A stretch of 50,779 nt of DNA from Polyangiales bacterium (GCA_045106895.1 JBGCFM010000005.1:1-50779), one strand, 5' to 3'. Positions 35,112 through 45,609 are shown, counted from the stretch's first letter. Numbers and translations are program-made. The notes: generated by a model from the sequence alone, not told the origin.

Positions 35112-35578
35112 GTCGAATCGAGACCTTCGAGCGAGACATCGACGCCGACCGCTCTATCGCGCGGCTGCGCTTGGTCGGTGCGGTGGTCGTGGGAATCTCC
35201 AGCGTGCTCCTCGCCCTGAGCGACGGGGGCGCGTTCCGCTGGATCTTTGTGGTTCTCGGCGGCCTGGCCTCGCTCGCTTGGGTTGCCGCCTTTTGGCGCG
35301 GACGAAAACCGCCGAGCGGCGACACCCTTGAGCTGGGCCCGGAAGGAATCCGCATGCGCTACAAGGAGCAAGAGACGTTTGCGCCCTGGTCAGAGGTCGT
35401 CAGGGCCACCGCGGACGAAGACCGCCTGCATGTACACGTCGACTTGAACGAGGGCGAGCTTGTCATCCCACTGGTTTGGCGCGGAGTCGGGCTCCATGAG
35501 CTCGCCGAACGCGTGGAAGCGGCTCGACTCGCCGTCGACTCACGAAACGGGGATGCGCAGCGCCCTTCTTCGCCCTAG
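35108..35578 (+). CDS. Two-TM membrane protein with a PH-like C-terminal domain
   Basis: Two hydrophobic helices followed by LELGPEGI...PWSEV. Confidence 0.6.
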   Translation: MSRIETFERDIDADRSIARLRLVGAVVVGISSVLLALSDGGAFRWIFVVLGGLASLAWVAAFWRGRKPPSGDTLELGPEGIRMRYKEQETFAPWSEVVRATADEDRLHVHVDLNEGELVIPLVWRGVGLHELAERVEAARLAVDSRNGDAQRPSSP

Positions 35579-35592
35579 ATTGCGCCGGCGCC

Positions 35593-35928
35593 ATGCCGAA
35601 TTTCGAAGACGACCACGATACCAATGTAGTGACCCGAAGCCGCCCCGCCGAGAAGGTGAAGCGGCCGAGGCTGTACAAGGTGCTGATGCACAACGACGAC
35701 TACACCACCCGTGAGTTCGTCGTCTGGGTGCTGCAGACCATCTACCGTAAAAGCGAGGGTGAAGCGGTTCAGATCATGATGCACGTTCATCAGACCGGTT
35801 TGGGCGTCGCCGGCCTCTATACCCGTGAAGTCGCTGAGACCAAGGTGGCCAAGACAGAGCGACTGGCGACAGAGCATGAGTATCCGCTTCGGATGAGCAT
35901 GGAGCCTGAAGACGGCGACGAGGATTAG
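35593..35928 (+). CDS. clpS: ATP-dependent Clp protease adaptor ClpS
   Basis: YKVLMHNDDYTTREFVV, IMMHVHQTG, YTREVAETK, YPLRMSMEP. Confidence 0.96.
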   Translation: MPNFEDDHDTNVVTRSRPAEKVKRPRLYKVLMHNDDYTTREFVVWVLQTIYRKSEGEAVQIMMHVHQTGLGVAGLYTREVAETKVAKTERLATEHEYPLRMSMEPEDGDED

Positions 35929-35996
35929 CCTCCGCCAGACCCAGCTTTGCACGCAGGCCCTTTACACGGACAAAGGCTAGCCGCAGATTGGTTAGG

Positions 35997-38279
35997 ATGG
36001 CTGGACCAACAATTGCCAAGACGCTTCAAACGACGATTCGCCGCGCCTTCGATGACGCCGCGGAGAGACGCTACGAGTACGTCACCCTGGAGATGCTCCT
36101 TCTCTCGCTCCTCGATGACGAGCGCGCGAAGAAAGCTCTTCGTTCATGCGGGGCGGACCTCAAGTCCCTGCGCAAGACGCTAAAGGAGTTCGTCGCAGAG
36201 CACGGGGAGACCGTCCCCGACGACATTCCCTTCGAGCCCCAGCAGACTCTGGCCGTCGACCGCGTACTACAGCGCGCCGCGATTCACGCGATCTCCAGCG
36301 AGATGAAGTCCATCGACGGTGGAAACGTCCTCGTTCAGATCTTCAAGGAGCGGGATTCTCATGCGGCTTGGCTCCTTTCGAAGGGCGGCGTGTCTCAATT
36401 CGAGCTCAAACAGTACATCTCCCACGGCGACCCAGGAGATGCACTGAGCCTTCCGCGGCGCGAGCGTGGCGTTGGAGATGACGAGGGCCTCGACGAAGAC
36501 GAAGAGGAGCAAGTCGATCCCCTCGACGCTTTCACGACGCTTCTCAACGACGAGGCGAAGGCCGGAAGGATCGACCCGCTCATTGGGCGTGAAGCCGAGA
36601 TCGAACGCACGGTTCAGATTCTGTGCCGGCGCCGCAAAAACAATCCCGTGTACGTGGGCGAACCAGGCGTCGGCAAGACGGCCATCGCGGAAGGTCTCGC
36701 CCTTCGAATCGTCAACGGCGAAGTCCCCGACGTACTCACCGGCGCCCCGGTCTACTCACTAGACATGGGCGCCCTACTCGCCGGGACGAAGTTCCGTGGG
36801 CAGTTTGAGGAGCGACTCAAGGCGGTGATGAAGCGAATGGAGGAGGTCGACAAAGCCATCCTCTTCATCGATGAGATTCACACAATCGTCGGCGCCGGCG
36901 CGACCACCGGCAGCTCCATGGATGCGAGCAATATCTTGAAGCCACCGCTTCAAAGCGGAAAAATCCGCTGCATCGGTTCGACCACATTCCTCGAGTACAA
37001 ACACCTCGAACGAGACCGCGCCTTGGCCCGCCGATTCCAGAAAATCGATGTACTCGAGCCTTCCGTGGACGAGACCGTGGAGATTCTCAAGGGGCTCCGC
37101 AGTCGTTATGAAGAACACCATGACGTCAAGTACGACGACGACGCTCTCGAGGCCGCCGCTCGCTTGGCGGACAAACACATCGTGGACCGCTTCCTCCCGG
37201 ACAAGGCCATCGACGTCGTCGATGAGGCGGGCAGCTACGACCGCCTGCGCTCCGCCAACGAACGAACGCACAAGGTCACGGCGGAGAACATCGAGAGCGT
37301 CGTGTCGAAGATGGCGCGAGTCCCCGTGGAAGCCGTCAACGCTGAGGAGGCGGACACCCTTCGTGATCTCGAGCCGACACTGAAGAAGCACATCTTCGGG
37401 CAAGATGAAGCCATCGAGGCCATCACGAGCGCGATCACACTCTCACGAGCTGGCCTTCGAGCGGACAACAAGCCCATCGGGTCGTTCCTCTTCGCGGGTC
37501 CCACCGGCGTGGGCAAGACCGAGCTTGCGCGCCAACTTGCCAAAGCCATGGGCGTTGAGATTCATCGCTACGACATGAGCGAGTACAGCGAGCGACACAG
37601 CATCTCTCGTCTCATCGGTGCCCCCCCGGGGTACGTCGGCTTCGACCAAGGCGGTCTTCTGACCGACGCCGTCCGAAAGCACCCACACTCCGTGGTGATC
37701 CTCGATGAGATCGAAAAAGCGCACCCCGAGCTCTTCAACATCCTCCTTCAAGTGATGGACCACGCGAAGCTGACGGACAACACCGGCCGTGAGGCAGATT
37801 TCCGCAACGTGGTTGTCATCCTCACAACGAACGCTGGCGCTGCCGACGCGTCTGTCCGAAGTGTTGGCTTTCACGCCGACGGTGAAGACAACGGCTTCCA
37901 GGCGAACCGCGCCAAAGCAGCCATGGAACGCACCTTTACGCCGGAGTTCCGCAACCGCCTCGACTCCATCGTCAACTTCCAGCCCTTGGGCCCGAAGGTC
38001 ATCCGTATGGTCGTCGACAAGGAGGTCGCGCTCCTGCAAGCAATGCTCAAGGACAAGGACGTCATCCTGGAGCTCAGCGAAGCGGCTTACGACTGGCTCG
38101 CAGAACACGGGTACGACCCTCAGATGGGCGCCCGGCCCATGGCGCGCCTCGTCGAAAAGGAAATCAAGCGCCCCATCGCCAAGGAGCTCGTGTTCGGCGC
38201 GCTCAAGGGCGGAGGGACAGCGAAAGTCGACGTCGAGGCCGGCGAGGGAAGCTCCCTTCTTTCTCTTTCTTACGCCTAG
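35997..38279 (+). CDS. clpA: ATP-dependent Clp protease ATP-binding subunit ClpA
   Basis: Two AAA modules ([16 protein letters not shown]), [23 protein letters not shown], no coiled-coil M domain, follows clpS. Confidence 0.95.
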   Translation: MAGPTIAKTLQTTIRRAFDDAAERRYEYVTLEMLLLSLLDDERAKKALRSCGADLKSLRKTLKEFVAEHGETVPDDIPFEPQQTLAVDRVLQRAAIHAISSEMKSIDGGNVLVQIFKERDSHAAWLLSKGGVSQFELKQYISHGDPGDALSLPRRERGVGDDEGLDEDEEEQVDPLDAFTTLLNDEAKAGRIDPLIGREAEIERTVQILCRRRKNNPVYVGEPGVGKTAIAEGLALRIVNGEVPDVLTGAPVYSLDMGALLAGTKFRGQFEERLKAVMKRMEEVDKAILFIDEIHTIVGAGATTGSSMDASNILKPPLQSGKIRCIGSTTFLEYKHLERDRALARRFQKIDVLEPSVDETVEILKGLRSRYEEHHDVKYDDDALEAAARLADKHIVDRFLPDKAIDVVDEAGSYDRLRSANERTHKVTAENIESVVSKMARVPVEAVNAEEADTLRDLEPTLKKHIFGQDEAIEAITSAITLSRAGLRADNKPIGSFLFAGPTGVGKTELARQLAKAMGVEIHRYDMSEYSERHSISRLIGAPPGYVGFDQGGLLTDAVRKHPHSVVILDEIEKAHPELFNILLQVMDHAKLTDNTGREADFRNVVVILTTNAGAADASVRSVGFHADGEDNGFQANRAKAAMERTFTPEFRNRLDSIVNFQPLGPKVIRMVVDKEVALLQAMLKDKDVILELSEAAYDWLAEHGYDPQMGARPMARLVEKEIKRPIAKELVFGALKGGGTAKVDVEAGEGSSLLSLSYA

Positions 38280-38331
38280 TCGATGCTCAGAATCGCGGAG
38301 CGGGATGGCCATGGGCTGATATGCTCGCGCC

Positions 38332-39009
38332 ATGAACGTTCAAGACATGGAGAGCTTGCTCCGGGAGACACTCGAGGACAGGCGAGTCTCGCGCGCGGAA
38401 CGCCGCAGTCTTCGCAAAGAGGTGGATGACTCCGACGACGAACACGAGTTTCGTCGTCTCGCCTTCGCCGTCGCCCAAACGGAGCTAGAGCGGACACCGA
38501 GCGACGCCGGTGGAATCATCGAGTGGCTTGAAGATGTCTCGAAGGCTGTGACTTACCGAGCCGCGCTCAAAGCCGAAAAGGTCGAAGCACACTTCTCGCC
38601 CGGAGAAGCGTGTCGAGCACGAATCGCAGGGGCCATCGGTGGAGCCCGCCGCAGCGTCGACATCTGCGTATTCACCATCACCGACGACCATCTCGTGGAC
38701 GCCATCCTGAGCGCTCACGCCCGTGGTGTTAAGGTCCGTGTGGCCTCCGACAACGACAAAGCGGAAGACCGTGGAAGCGACATCGACCGGCTGGCTCGAG
38801 CCGGCGTTTCCGTGCGCACAGACCACTCGCCGCATCACATGCATCATAAGTTTGCGCTCTTCGACGGTACTCTGCTCCTGAACGGGAGCTACAACTGGAC
38901 CCGGAGCGCATTCACCAGCAACCGTGAGAACCTGCTGGTCACGACACACACGTCACTGGTGGCGCAGTTCTCGAACGCCTTCGATGCGATGTGGAACGAC
39001 TTCGCTTAG
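38332..39009 (+). CDS. Phospholipase D-like (Nuc/Zucchini-type) single-HKD nuclease
   Basis: HFSPG, SVDICVFTIT, HMHHKFALFD, NGSYNWT, NRENLL. Confidence 0.85.
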   Translation: MNVQDMESLLRETLEDRRVSRAERRSLRKEVDDSDDEHEFRRLAFAVAQTELERTPSDAGGIIEWLEDVSKAVTYRAALKAEKVEAHFSPGEACRARIAGAIGGARRSVDICVFTITDDHLVDAILSAHARGVKVRVASDNDKAEDRGSDIDRLARAGVSVRTDHSPHHMHHKFALFDGTLLLNGSYNWTRSAFTSNRENLLVTTHTSLVAQFSNAFDAMWNDFA

Positions 39010-39015
39010 CGCCCG

Positions 39016-39738
39016 ATGCCTGTTCATTTGCTTGGCGACGACCTGTCGTTCCCCCCGCCGGAGCTCGCGACGGACGAAGGTGTGTTGGCGGTCGGCGACG
39101 ACCTACGGCCAGAGCGGCTTCTAACGGCCTACTCTCAGGGTGTCTTTCCATGGCCCGTCCGCGGTTTTCCTCTGCTCTGGTTCTGCCCAGACCCACGCTT
39201 CGTCTTGCCCCTCGATGACGTACACCTCGGACGGAGTCTTAAGAAGGCCGTTCGGCGCAGCGAGCTGACGATTCGCTTCGATACCGCCTTCAGCGAGGTC
39301 ATCGACCGGTGCGCCCACGCACCTCGGCCCGGCCAAGATGGGACCTGGATCACCACAGACCTTCGGAACGCGTTCGTGCGGCTTCACCAGCTTGGCTTCG
39401 CTCACAGCGTCGAAGCCTGGGACGGTGAGGAGCTCGTCGGCGGGCTCTATGGAGTCGCGCTGGGGTCGATGTTTTTCGGCGAATCCATGTTCGCGCGGAG
39501 ACCAGACGCCTCGAAGATCGCGTTTGTCACGCTCCTCGGACAACTCCGCGCTTGGGGCTTCGACCTCGTTGATTGCCAGGTGGAGACGGAGCACTTGGCC
39601 CGCTTCGGCGCGCGTGAATGGCCACGTGAACGATTCCTGGCGCAGGTTGTTCGATCGATGCAAGCGCCCACACGGCGAGGTCCCTGGCCAACCCCTTTGG
39701 GGGGGCACGAAGCCATCGAAGGTCTCGCCAGGACTTGA
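39016..39738 (+). CDS. aat: Leucyl/phenylalanyl-tRNA--protein transferase
   Basis: FPPPELA, LLTAYSQGVFPW, PDPRFVL, GTWIT, HSVEAW, LVGGLYGV, FFGESMF, DASKIA, DCQ. Confidence 0.95.
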   Translation: MPVHLLGDDLSFPPPELATDEGVLAVGDDLRPERLLTAYSQGVFPWPVRGFPLLWFCPDPRFVLPLDDVHLGRSLKKAVRRSELTIRFDTAFSEVIDRCAHAPRPGQDGTWITTDLRNAFVRLHQLGFAHSVEAWDGEELVGGLYGVALGSMFFGESMFARRPDASKIAFVTLLGQLRAWGFDLVDCQVETEHLARFGAREWPRERFLAQVVRSMQAPTRRGPWPTPLGGHEAIEGLART

Positions 39739-39768
39739 CGCCTCCGCCTGACCAGGAATGATGCCTAT

Positions 39769-40845
39769 ATGCGCATCCTTGTGGTCATGTCTTTGCTCAC
39801 CTTTCTAGGCTGCGGCGCGAAAACGGGGCTTCCTGTCCCTGAAAACACCACGTGCCGTGAGATCGAGCTTGAGCGACCCATTCCACAGGTGCTCTTCGCC
39901 GTCGACCGAAGTGGTTCGATGGACTTTTCGTTGACGGGCATTGAGCCCGACGACCCACGACGAGGCGACTTGCCTTCACGCTGGACCCTCATGAGCGCGG
40001 CCCTGACCGGAAGCCTGGCGGAGAGGACCGGCACACTGGAGTTCGGCGCGCTCTTCTACCCCGAGATTCTCGCCGGGGATGCGAGCGCCTGCGGCGGCGC
40101 GGAAGTCGTCAGTATCGTGCCCGGCGAAGGGACACCAGAAGGCCTCCGCAACATCTTCCTGTCGACGACACCCATCGGCGGCACCCCGACGGGCGGAGCG
40201 CTCCGGGTAGCCCGTGAGTTCTTCGCGGAGCCTGAAGAAGGCACGGTGCCCTTCGTGGTCCTCGTCACGGACGGCGCCCCCAACTGCAACCCCGAGCCGG
40301 CGACGCCACCGCCCGCGTGTATTTGTACCTCGCCGGACCCGACGCGCTGCGACCCCTTCGAAAATGCCGACGCGTCGCTGCAGTGTCTCGACGCTGGACG
40401 GGCCCTCGACGAACTCAACTTGCTCTCGAGCGCCGGCGTTCCGACCTTCGTTTTGGGCATCACCCGCCAAGCCGACCTCGTTGAGGTCCTCGACGATATG
40501 GCCGTCGCAGGTGGCAGACCACGCACCACGGGCCCGCGCCGTTACTATGACGCGCAGACCGAGGCGGAGCTGAATGAAGCCCTCGACGCCATCAACGACT
40601 CCATCACGAGCTGCGCGTTTACGCTCTCTGCGCCCAGCAATACTGACCGGTTTCAGGTGCTCCTCGCAGGAGAGCCCATCGACCGAGATACGTCCCACAT
40701 GAGCGGCTGGGACTTCACCAACGACTCAAACACCGTCATCTCGCTCTACGGAGAAGCTTGCCGGAGAGCAGAGGACCTCGGTATCGAGGTTCGCGCGGAC
40801 CTCTACTGTGACGGTGAGTCTCCCGAGATGGAGCGAGACATCTAA
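39769..40845 (+). CDS. Cys-rich vWA-domain lipoprotein, CglB-like
   Basis: FLG|C lipobox, MIDAS DRSGS, GGTPT, LVTDGAPNC, CICT insert, SCAF and LYGEAC. Confidence 0.75.
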   Translation: MRILVVMSLLTFLGCGAKTGLPVPENTTCREIELERPIPQVLFAVDRSGSMDFSLTGIEPDDPRRGDLPSRWTLMSAALTGSLAERTGTLEFGALFYPEILAGDASACGGAEVVSIVPGEGTPEGLRNIFLSTTPIGGTPTGGALRVAREFFAEPEEGTVPFVVLVTDGAPNCNPEPATPPPACICTSPDPTRCDPFENADASLQCLDAGRALDELNLLSSAGVPTFVLGITRQADLVEVLDDMAVAGGRPRTTGPRRYYDAQTEAELNEALDAINDSITSCAFTLSAPSNTDRFQVLLAGEPIDRDTSHMSGWDFTNDSNTVISLYGEACRRAEDLGIEVRADLYCDGESPEMERDI

Positions 40846-41444
40846 GCGCGTCTCGCCAAGAGCTTCTTGGCATCCTCAGCCCCTCGGCGTCTCATTCGTT
40901 CAATCGCTGCTTTCCTCTTCTCCGCGCTCATCGTGCGAACCCCAAAAAGCGTGGAGTGTCGCACTTTGCCGAAGCCCACAAAGCGTAGCGTCGCGTTGGT
41001 GAAGCTCGCGTGCACGCTTCGGCGATGCCAAATGCGGTACCACCACCCTGGACTGTCCATCGTTGTGATGACACGCGCCGTTCGGCCCGTGAGGAGCGGC
41101 GTGGGCAGAGCTTTTCCCTCGTCGTAGCGGAACGCCCAGCCGGGCAAGAACGTGCGGTCGACGAAGCCCTTCAGAAGCGCGGGCGGCCCGGCCCACCACG
41201 TGGGGAAGAACCAGCTCACATGCTGTGCCGCCTCGATGCTGCGCCTTGCCCTTTTTAGGTCGGGTTCGAGGGGCTGGGTACCGTCGAAGCCAGCTCGCAA
41301 GAGAGGATCGAAGGACAGCGCGGAGAGCGTGAGCTCTTCAACCTCCACGAGGCGTTTCGCTCCGTCGAGGTATGCCGCGTGAAGTGCCGCGTTGAGGCTA
41401 TCTGCGGAAGGGTGCGCGAGGATCGCGAGGAGTCGTGGCGTCAT
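40842..41444 (-). CDS. NAD(P)H-dependent oxidoreductase (flavodoxin-2 family)
   Basis: ILAHPSADSLN, FPTWWAGPPALLKGFVDR, LLTGRTARVITT. Confidence 0.9.
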   Translation of the reverse strand: MTPRLLAILAHPSADSLNAALHAAYLDGAKRLVEVEELTLSALSFDPLLRAGFDGTQPLEPDLKRARRSIEAAQHVSWFFPTWWAGPPALLKGFVDRTFLPGWAFRYDEGKALPTPLLTGRTARVITTMDSPGWWYRIWHRRSVHASFTNATLRFVGFGKVRHSTLFGVRTMSAEKRKAAIERMRRRGAEDAKKLLARRA

Positions 41445-41511
41445 GCATTCATCTTGATACGCAATTTACGCATGCAAAGAGCAGCCACAACATGCCAAGA
41501 TGCGCTCACGC

Positions 41512-42378
41512 ATGGCTCTTGAGATCCAACGCTGGGATGATGTTCGGCTCTTTCTCCAAGCCGCACGGCGCGGCAGCTTCAGCGCAGCGGCGAAAGCTGA
41601 GGGCATCGAGCAATCGACGATGAGCCGGCGCATCGCAAGCCTGGAGGAGAACCTAGGACATCCAGTGTTCCTTCGGCACCGGACCGGCCTAACGCTCACG
41701 GACCTAGGCCGACGTCTCGTGCGCCGTGCAGAACAAGCGGAAGCGGAGCTCTGGGGTTTCGCCGATGAGGCCAAAGGGGAAGAACGTGACGTGGCCGGGG
41801 ACGTTCGCCTCGCGCTCACCGAGAGCATGGCCGTCCACGTCGTCGTGCCTTTCGTGGTTCCTATTCTACGCGAGCGTTTTCCCGGCATCCGCTTGGACCT
41901 CAAGACCGGATATCGAAACGTCGACCTCGGGCTCCGTGAGGCGGACCTTGCGCTACGTTTTGCGCGCCCCTCGGAGCCCTCTCTCGTCATGAAGCGACTC
42001 GCACGTATGGAGACAGCGGTGCTGGCAAGCGCCACCTACGCGAAGGGGCGTAGCAAGCGCGACATCGAGTGGATTCGCCTCGGTATGAGCGACGTGCCGG
42101 CTCCAGAATCCGATTGGTATGACGCGCATATCGGCGAGCCCCCTACCCTATCGACGAGCGGGTACCTCACGCAGGTCGCGATGGTCCGTCAGGGACTTGG
42201 CGCCGCGGTGCTAACCCGTTCGCTCCTGCGCATTGACGAGGGTCTTGTGGTTCTCGACCTTGGCTTCCCAAAGACCCCACCCATCGACCTGTGGCTCGTG
42301 TGTCACGCGGGACGGCGCCGGATTCCTCGGGTGAGCGCGGTTTGGGCGCTCCTCGAAGAGGCCTTGGTGGGGCTCTAA
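41512..42378 (+). CDS. LysR-family transcriptional regulator
   Basis: WDDVRLFLQAARRGSFSAAA...QSTMSRRIASLEENLG, EADLALRF. Divergent from the oxidoreductase. The start could be 41500. Confidence 0.9.
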   Translation: MALEIQRWDDVRLFLQAARRGSFSAAAKAEGIEQSTMSRRIASLEENLGHPVFLRHRTGLTLTDLGRRLVRRAEQAEAELWGFADEAKGEERDVAGDVRLALTESMAVHVVVPFVVPILRERFPGIRLDLKTGYRNVDLGLREADLALRFARPSEPSLVMKRLARMETAVLASATYAKGRSKRDIEWIRLGMSDVPAPESDWYDAHIGEPPTLSTSGYLTQVAMVRQGLGAAVLTRSLLRIDEGLVVLDLGFPKTPPIDLWLVCHAGRRRIPRVSAVWALLEEALVGL

Positions 42379-42848
42379 GAGAGCTTGCGAAAGTACGCGT
42401 GCATGTTGTCGTGATTCACCTTCAACGCACGACGGAACGCAGCGGCGACGACTCGTGCGAGCGGATAGAGGATTGGGGAGCGCAGCGTGAACGAGAACTC
42501 TCGCACGGCGCTCGTCCCCTGAGCGGTTGGCTCAAGGGTCCAGCTTTCTCTCGCGTCGTTCGTGAGGAAGCGAAAGGGGGAACTGAAGTCCCAGATCTTG
42601 ATGACGTAGAGGTGAGGCCGGTCTGACACGAGGACTCGCTCACGGTGCGTGGAACCGTCGCGTGAGTGCACCACGCCTTCGGAGCCCACCAGATCGCTTT
42701 GACCTTGCTCCCACACCAGCCGCTCGATTCCCGGAACAGGGCCGTATCCGTCGAAGAGCGGCACGGCCTCAGCGGACACGAGGAAGTCGAAGGCCTCCGC
42801 CGGCGGCACCGGCAAGAGGACCTTTTCGCGAATAACAAGCTTCGTCAT
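42375..42848 (-). CDS. SRPBCC (polyketide cyclase/START-like) protein
   Basis: MTKLVIREKVLLPVPPAEAFDF...GYGPVPGI...ESWTLEPTAQGT. Start ATG 42848 next to the upstream stop. Confidence 0.75.
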   Translation of the reverse strand: MTKLVIREKVLLPVPPAEAFDFLVSAEAVPLFDGYGPVPGIERLVWEQGQSDLVGSEGVVHSRDGSTHRERVLVSDRPHLYVIKIWDFSSPFRFLTNDARESWTLEPTAQGTSAVREFSFTLRSPILYPLARVVAAAFRRALKVNHDNMHAYFRKLS

Positions 42849-42849
42849 C

Positions 42850-45609
42850 TCAGAGCGCGCCGATGACGCTCTCGCGCTGTGCCTCGAGCTGTGCTGCGCA
42901 AAGACGGATGGTCTCTGTGGTGGATGCGAGGTTGCGTGGACCGCCCTGAAGTTCGGCAACGCGACTCTCGAAGAACGACTGGACCGCGTCCGCCGTCGCG
43001 GTGTCGCAAGCACGCGACATCGTGGTGGGTAGGAAGCCCGCGTAGGAGGGCGGAAGGCGCGCGACGAGCGCTTCGTAGTTCGCTTGAATCCACGCCCAGG
43101 CGGCCGCACGGCGCTCAGGAATACGGAGCTGCGGGCCCATGGGGGTGAATATCTCGTTGTTGCGCAGGTTGTCGCTAAGAGAGAGCGCCATCGCTCGTTC
43201 GGCAAGCGTGGGGTCCATGGTGGAGCCCACAGCGCGGAGAAGGCCGCGGCGAACTTGGCCATCGGTGATGTGCTCAAGCAGCACCATCGCCCGCTCGAAG
43301 ACCTCTGGACCCCCGTCTTGGACGGCGACGACCATCGCTGATTCGGCAAGGTCTGCTGGAACGGCGTCAGTGTTTACCTCGAAGCCGTCTTCGCCCACGT
43401 TGAGATACTGTCGACCAAGACGCAGTCCTTCTCGGCGAACAGCGGGATCTTCGGCGACGAGAGCCAAGAAACCGACCACCTCGCCTCGGCGGATGCGGAC
43501 ATCCTCCGCCTCTTCGGCCCCACGGCGGGGTTGCCATCGAAGACGACGGTAGTCCGCCGCGTAGGCGCGACGGAGACGCCGCTGAAGGGACTCGCGTTTG
43601 TCTTCGCCGGCGAAGTTGTTCAGAAGCATGGAGAAGAAGCCGAGCGGGGCGGTGGCGACGGAACGATGTGCGTCGGTGGCGAGAGCAAGGGATGCCCCAA
43701 GCGCCGCGGCGCCGTCGATCTGAGCCGAGCGGAAACCAGCCTGGACGCTGTCAGCGACGGAGAGGCGCTCGCTGACCGTAAGGCTTCGGCCGGCGCCTTG
43801 AAGTGCTGCGAGCTGCTCCGCGGGAAGCGACCAGCGGTAGTACCCCGCGGAGTCCGCGTTGGGGTGAATCCACGCGGGGCATGCGCTGGCTTCGCTGAGC
43901 TCAACTTCACCGGTGGTCTCTGTGAGGAGCGTACAGGCTTCTCCCGTCGTGGCGCGACGGCCACGACCGACTCCATAACGGACGCAAACCGGGATTTGCC
44001 AGGTGCGGTCGCGTTCCGCGGTGGATCCGACGGGAAGGTAACGCGACTGCTGGAGCGTGACCTTCGGGGTCTCGCCGGTGCAGTCGAGGGCAGCTTCAAC
44101 CATCGGAAGGCCAGGCTGGGAGAGGAACGTCATGAACGGAGTACCAACGTCACGACCCGCGGCCTCGCTGAGGGCGCTCATGAGGTCGTTCACCGTGGCG
44201 GAGCCGAAGCGGTTCGCCTGGAGGTACGCGCGGATGCCCGTCTGGAACGTTTCGACGCCGACATGACGCTCAAACATACGGAGGACGCCTGCGCCCTTGC
44301 CGTAGGTAATTCCGTCGAAGGCGTTGTGAATGTCGTGGCTGCTCACGATGGGCTGTCGAATGGTGCGAGCGCTACCAAGGCTGTCACGTCCGTACACGCT
44401 GAAGACCCACTCGGAGAGTTCCACATCGGCTTCGTAATCTTCACGCCACCCCGCGACCGCGGTGTGCTCGATCCAACTGGCGAAGGCTTCGTTCAACCAG
44501 AGGTCGTCCCACCACTCCATCGTGACGAGGTTGCCAAACCACATATGGCCCAGCTCATGAGCCACGATGTAGGCCCAGAAGCGCATGCGGCTGGTGGGTG
44601 TCGTCGCGGGATCCACGAGGAGGATGGTGTCGCGATAGGTAACGAGTCCGACGTTCTCCATCGCGCCGGCTCCAAAGTCCGGAACTGCGACAAAGTCGAG
44701 CTTGTCATAGGGGTAGGCAATGCCGAAATACTCCTCGAGTTGGGCGAGAATTGCCGGCGTGTGCTCCATCGTGTACGCGAGTTCAGGACCATGACCATGA
44801 GGGGCAAGGCCTCGAAATGGGAGTGGCTCGCTGCGCACATCGTTGGCTGGGATAGAGCCTTCGACGATGTCCAGCGGCCCCACCGCGAGCGCGAAGAGGT
44901 ACGTGGGAATCGGTAGCGTGGTGGCGTAACGAATCGTCGTGGCGTCACCGTCGACGGTCTGACTCGCCACGGCCGAGTTCGCCGCAGCAACGTCGCCAGT
45001 CTTTACGCGGAGCGTGACGTCGAAGGGCGTCTTGAAACGTGGGTCATCGAAGCAAGGGAACGCTTTGCGGGCCGAAAGCGGCTCCATCTGCGTGAAGGCG
45101 TAGTTGTGTCCCTCATGCTCCACCTTGTAGATGCCACCAAGCGCCGTGCTGAATGGCGTCGTGTAGGCGATCTCAATCTGGACATTCCCTTGGACGGCGC
45201 GGGGCACGGTGACCGATGCGAAGGAGTCGTCGTCCTCCTGAGCCGTCCACTCGCCTTCGAGCGCATCGCCGCTCTCTGGAGTGACCGTCACCGATGCGAC
45301 CTCGTGGCCGATGCCGTGCATCCAGATGACGCTACGTGCGGAGTCGATGCGTGTATCGATCACGACCACGCCGCCGAAACGATTCTGGTCCGGGTTGATC
45401 GAAAGCGCGAGGGAGTAACGCGTCGGCGTCGTTCCTGCTGGGAGCCGCCCGTTTTCCGGCGTCGGGCCGGCTTCGGGTGCTGGCGCCTCCTGGCGTGCGG
45501 GGTGTGAGAGCGTCTGGTCGACGACTTGCTCAGTGGCCGCCGGTCCACAGCCGAGGGCCAGACCAAGAGCGACGAAGACGATTGCGTGCGCGCGGAGAAG
45601 TGTTCGCAT
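42850..45609 (-). CDS. M1 family aminopeptidase (lipoprotein) with ERAP1-like C-terminal domain
   Basis: RLP, ARKAFPCFDDP, GAMEN, HELGH-x18-E (WLNEAFA), YGKG; LALG|C lipobox. Confidence 0.93.
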   Translation of the reverse strand: MRTLLRAHAIVFVALGLALGCGPAATEQVVDQTLSHPARQEAPAPEAGPTPENGRLPAGTTPTRYSLALSINPDQNRFGGVVVIDTRIDSARSVIWMHGIGHEVASVTVTPESGDALEGEWTAQEDDDSFASVTVPRAVQGNVQIEIAYTTPFSTALGGIYKVEHEGHNYAFTQMEPLSARKAFPCFDDPRFKTPFDVTLRVKTGDVAAANSAVASQTVDGDATTIRYATTLPIPTYLFALAVGPLDIVEGSIPANDVRSEPLPFRGLAPHGHGPELAYTMEHTPAILAQLEEYFGIAYPYDKLDFVAVPDFGAGAMENVGLVTYRDTILLVDPATTPTSRMRFWAYIVAHELGHMWFGNLVTMEWWDDLWLNEAFASWIEHTAVAGWREDYEADVELSEWVFSVYGRDSLGSARTIRQPIVSSHDIHNAFDGITYGKGAGVLRMFERHVGVETFQTGIRAYLQANRFGSATVNDLMSALSEAAGRDVGTPFMTFLSQPGLPMVEAALDCTGETPKVTLQQSRYLPVGSTAERDRTWQIPVCVRYGVGRGRRATTGEACTLLTETTGEVELSEASACPAWIHPNADSAGYYRWSLPAEQLAALQGAGRSLTVSERLSVADSVQAGFRSAQIDGAAALGASLALATDAHRSVATAPLGFFSMLLNNFAGEDKRESLQRRLRRAYAADYRRLRWQPRRGAEEAEDVRIRRGEVVGFLALVAEDPAVRREGLRLGRQYLNVGEDGFEVNTDAVPADLAESAMVVAVQDGGPEVFERAMVLLEHITDGQVRRGLLRAVGSTMDPTLAERAMALSLSDNLRNNEIFTPMGPQLRIPERRAAAWAWIQANYEALVARLPPSYAGFLPTTMSRACDTATADAVQSFFESRVAELQGGPRNLASTTETIRLCAAQLEAQRESVIGAL

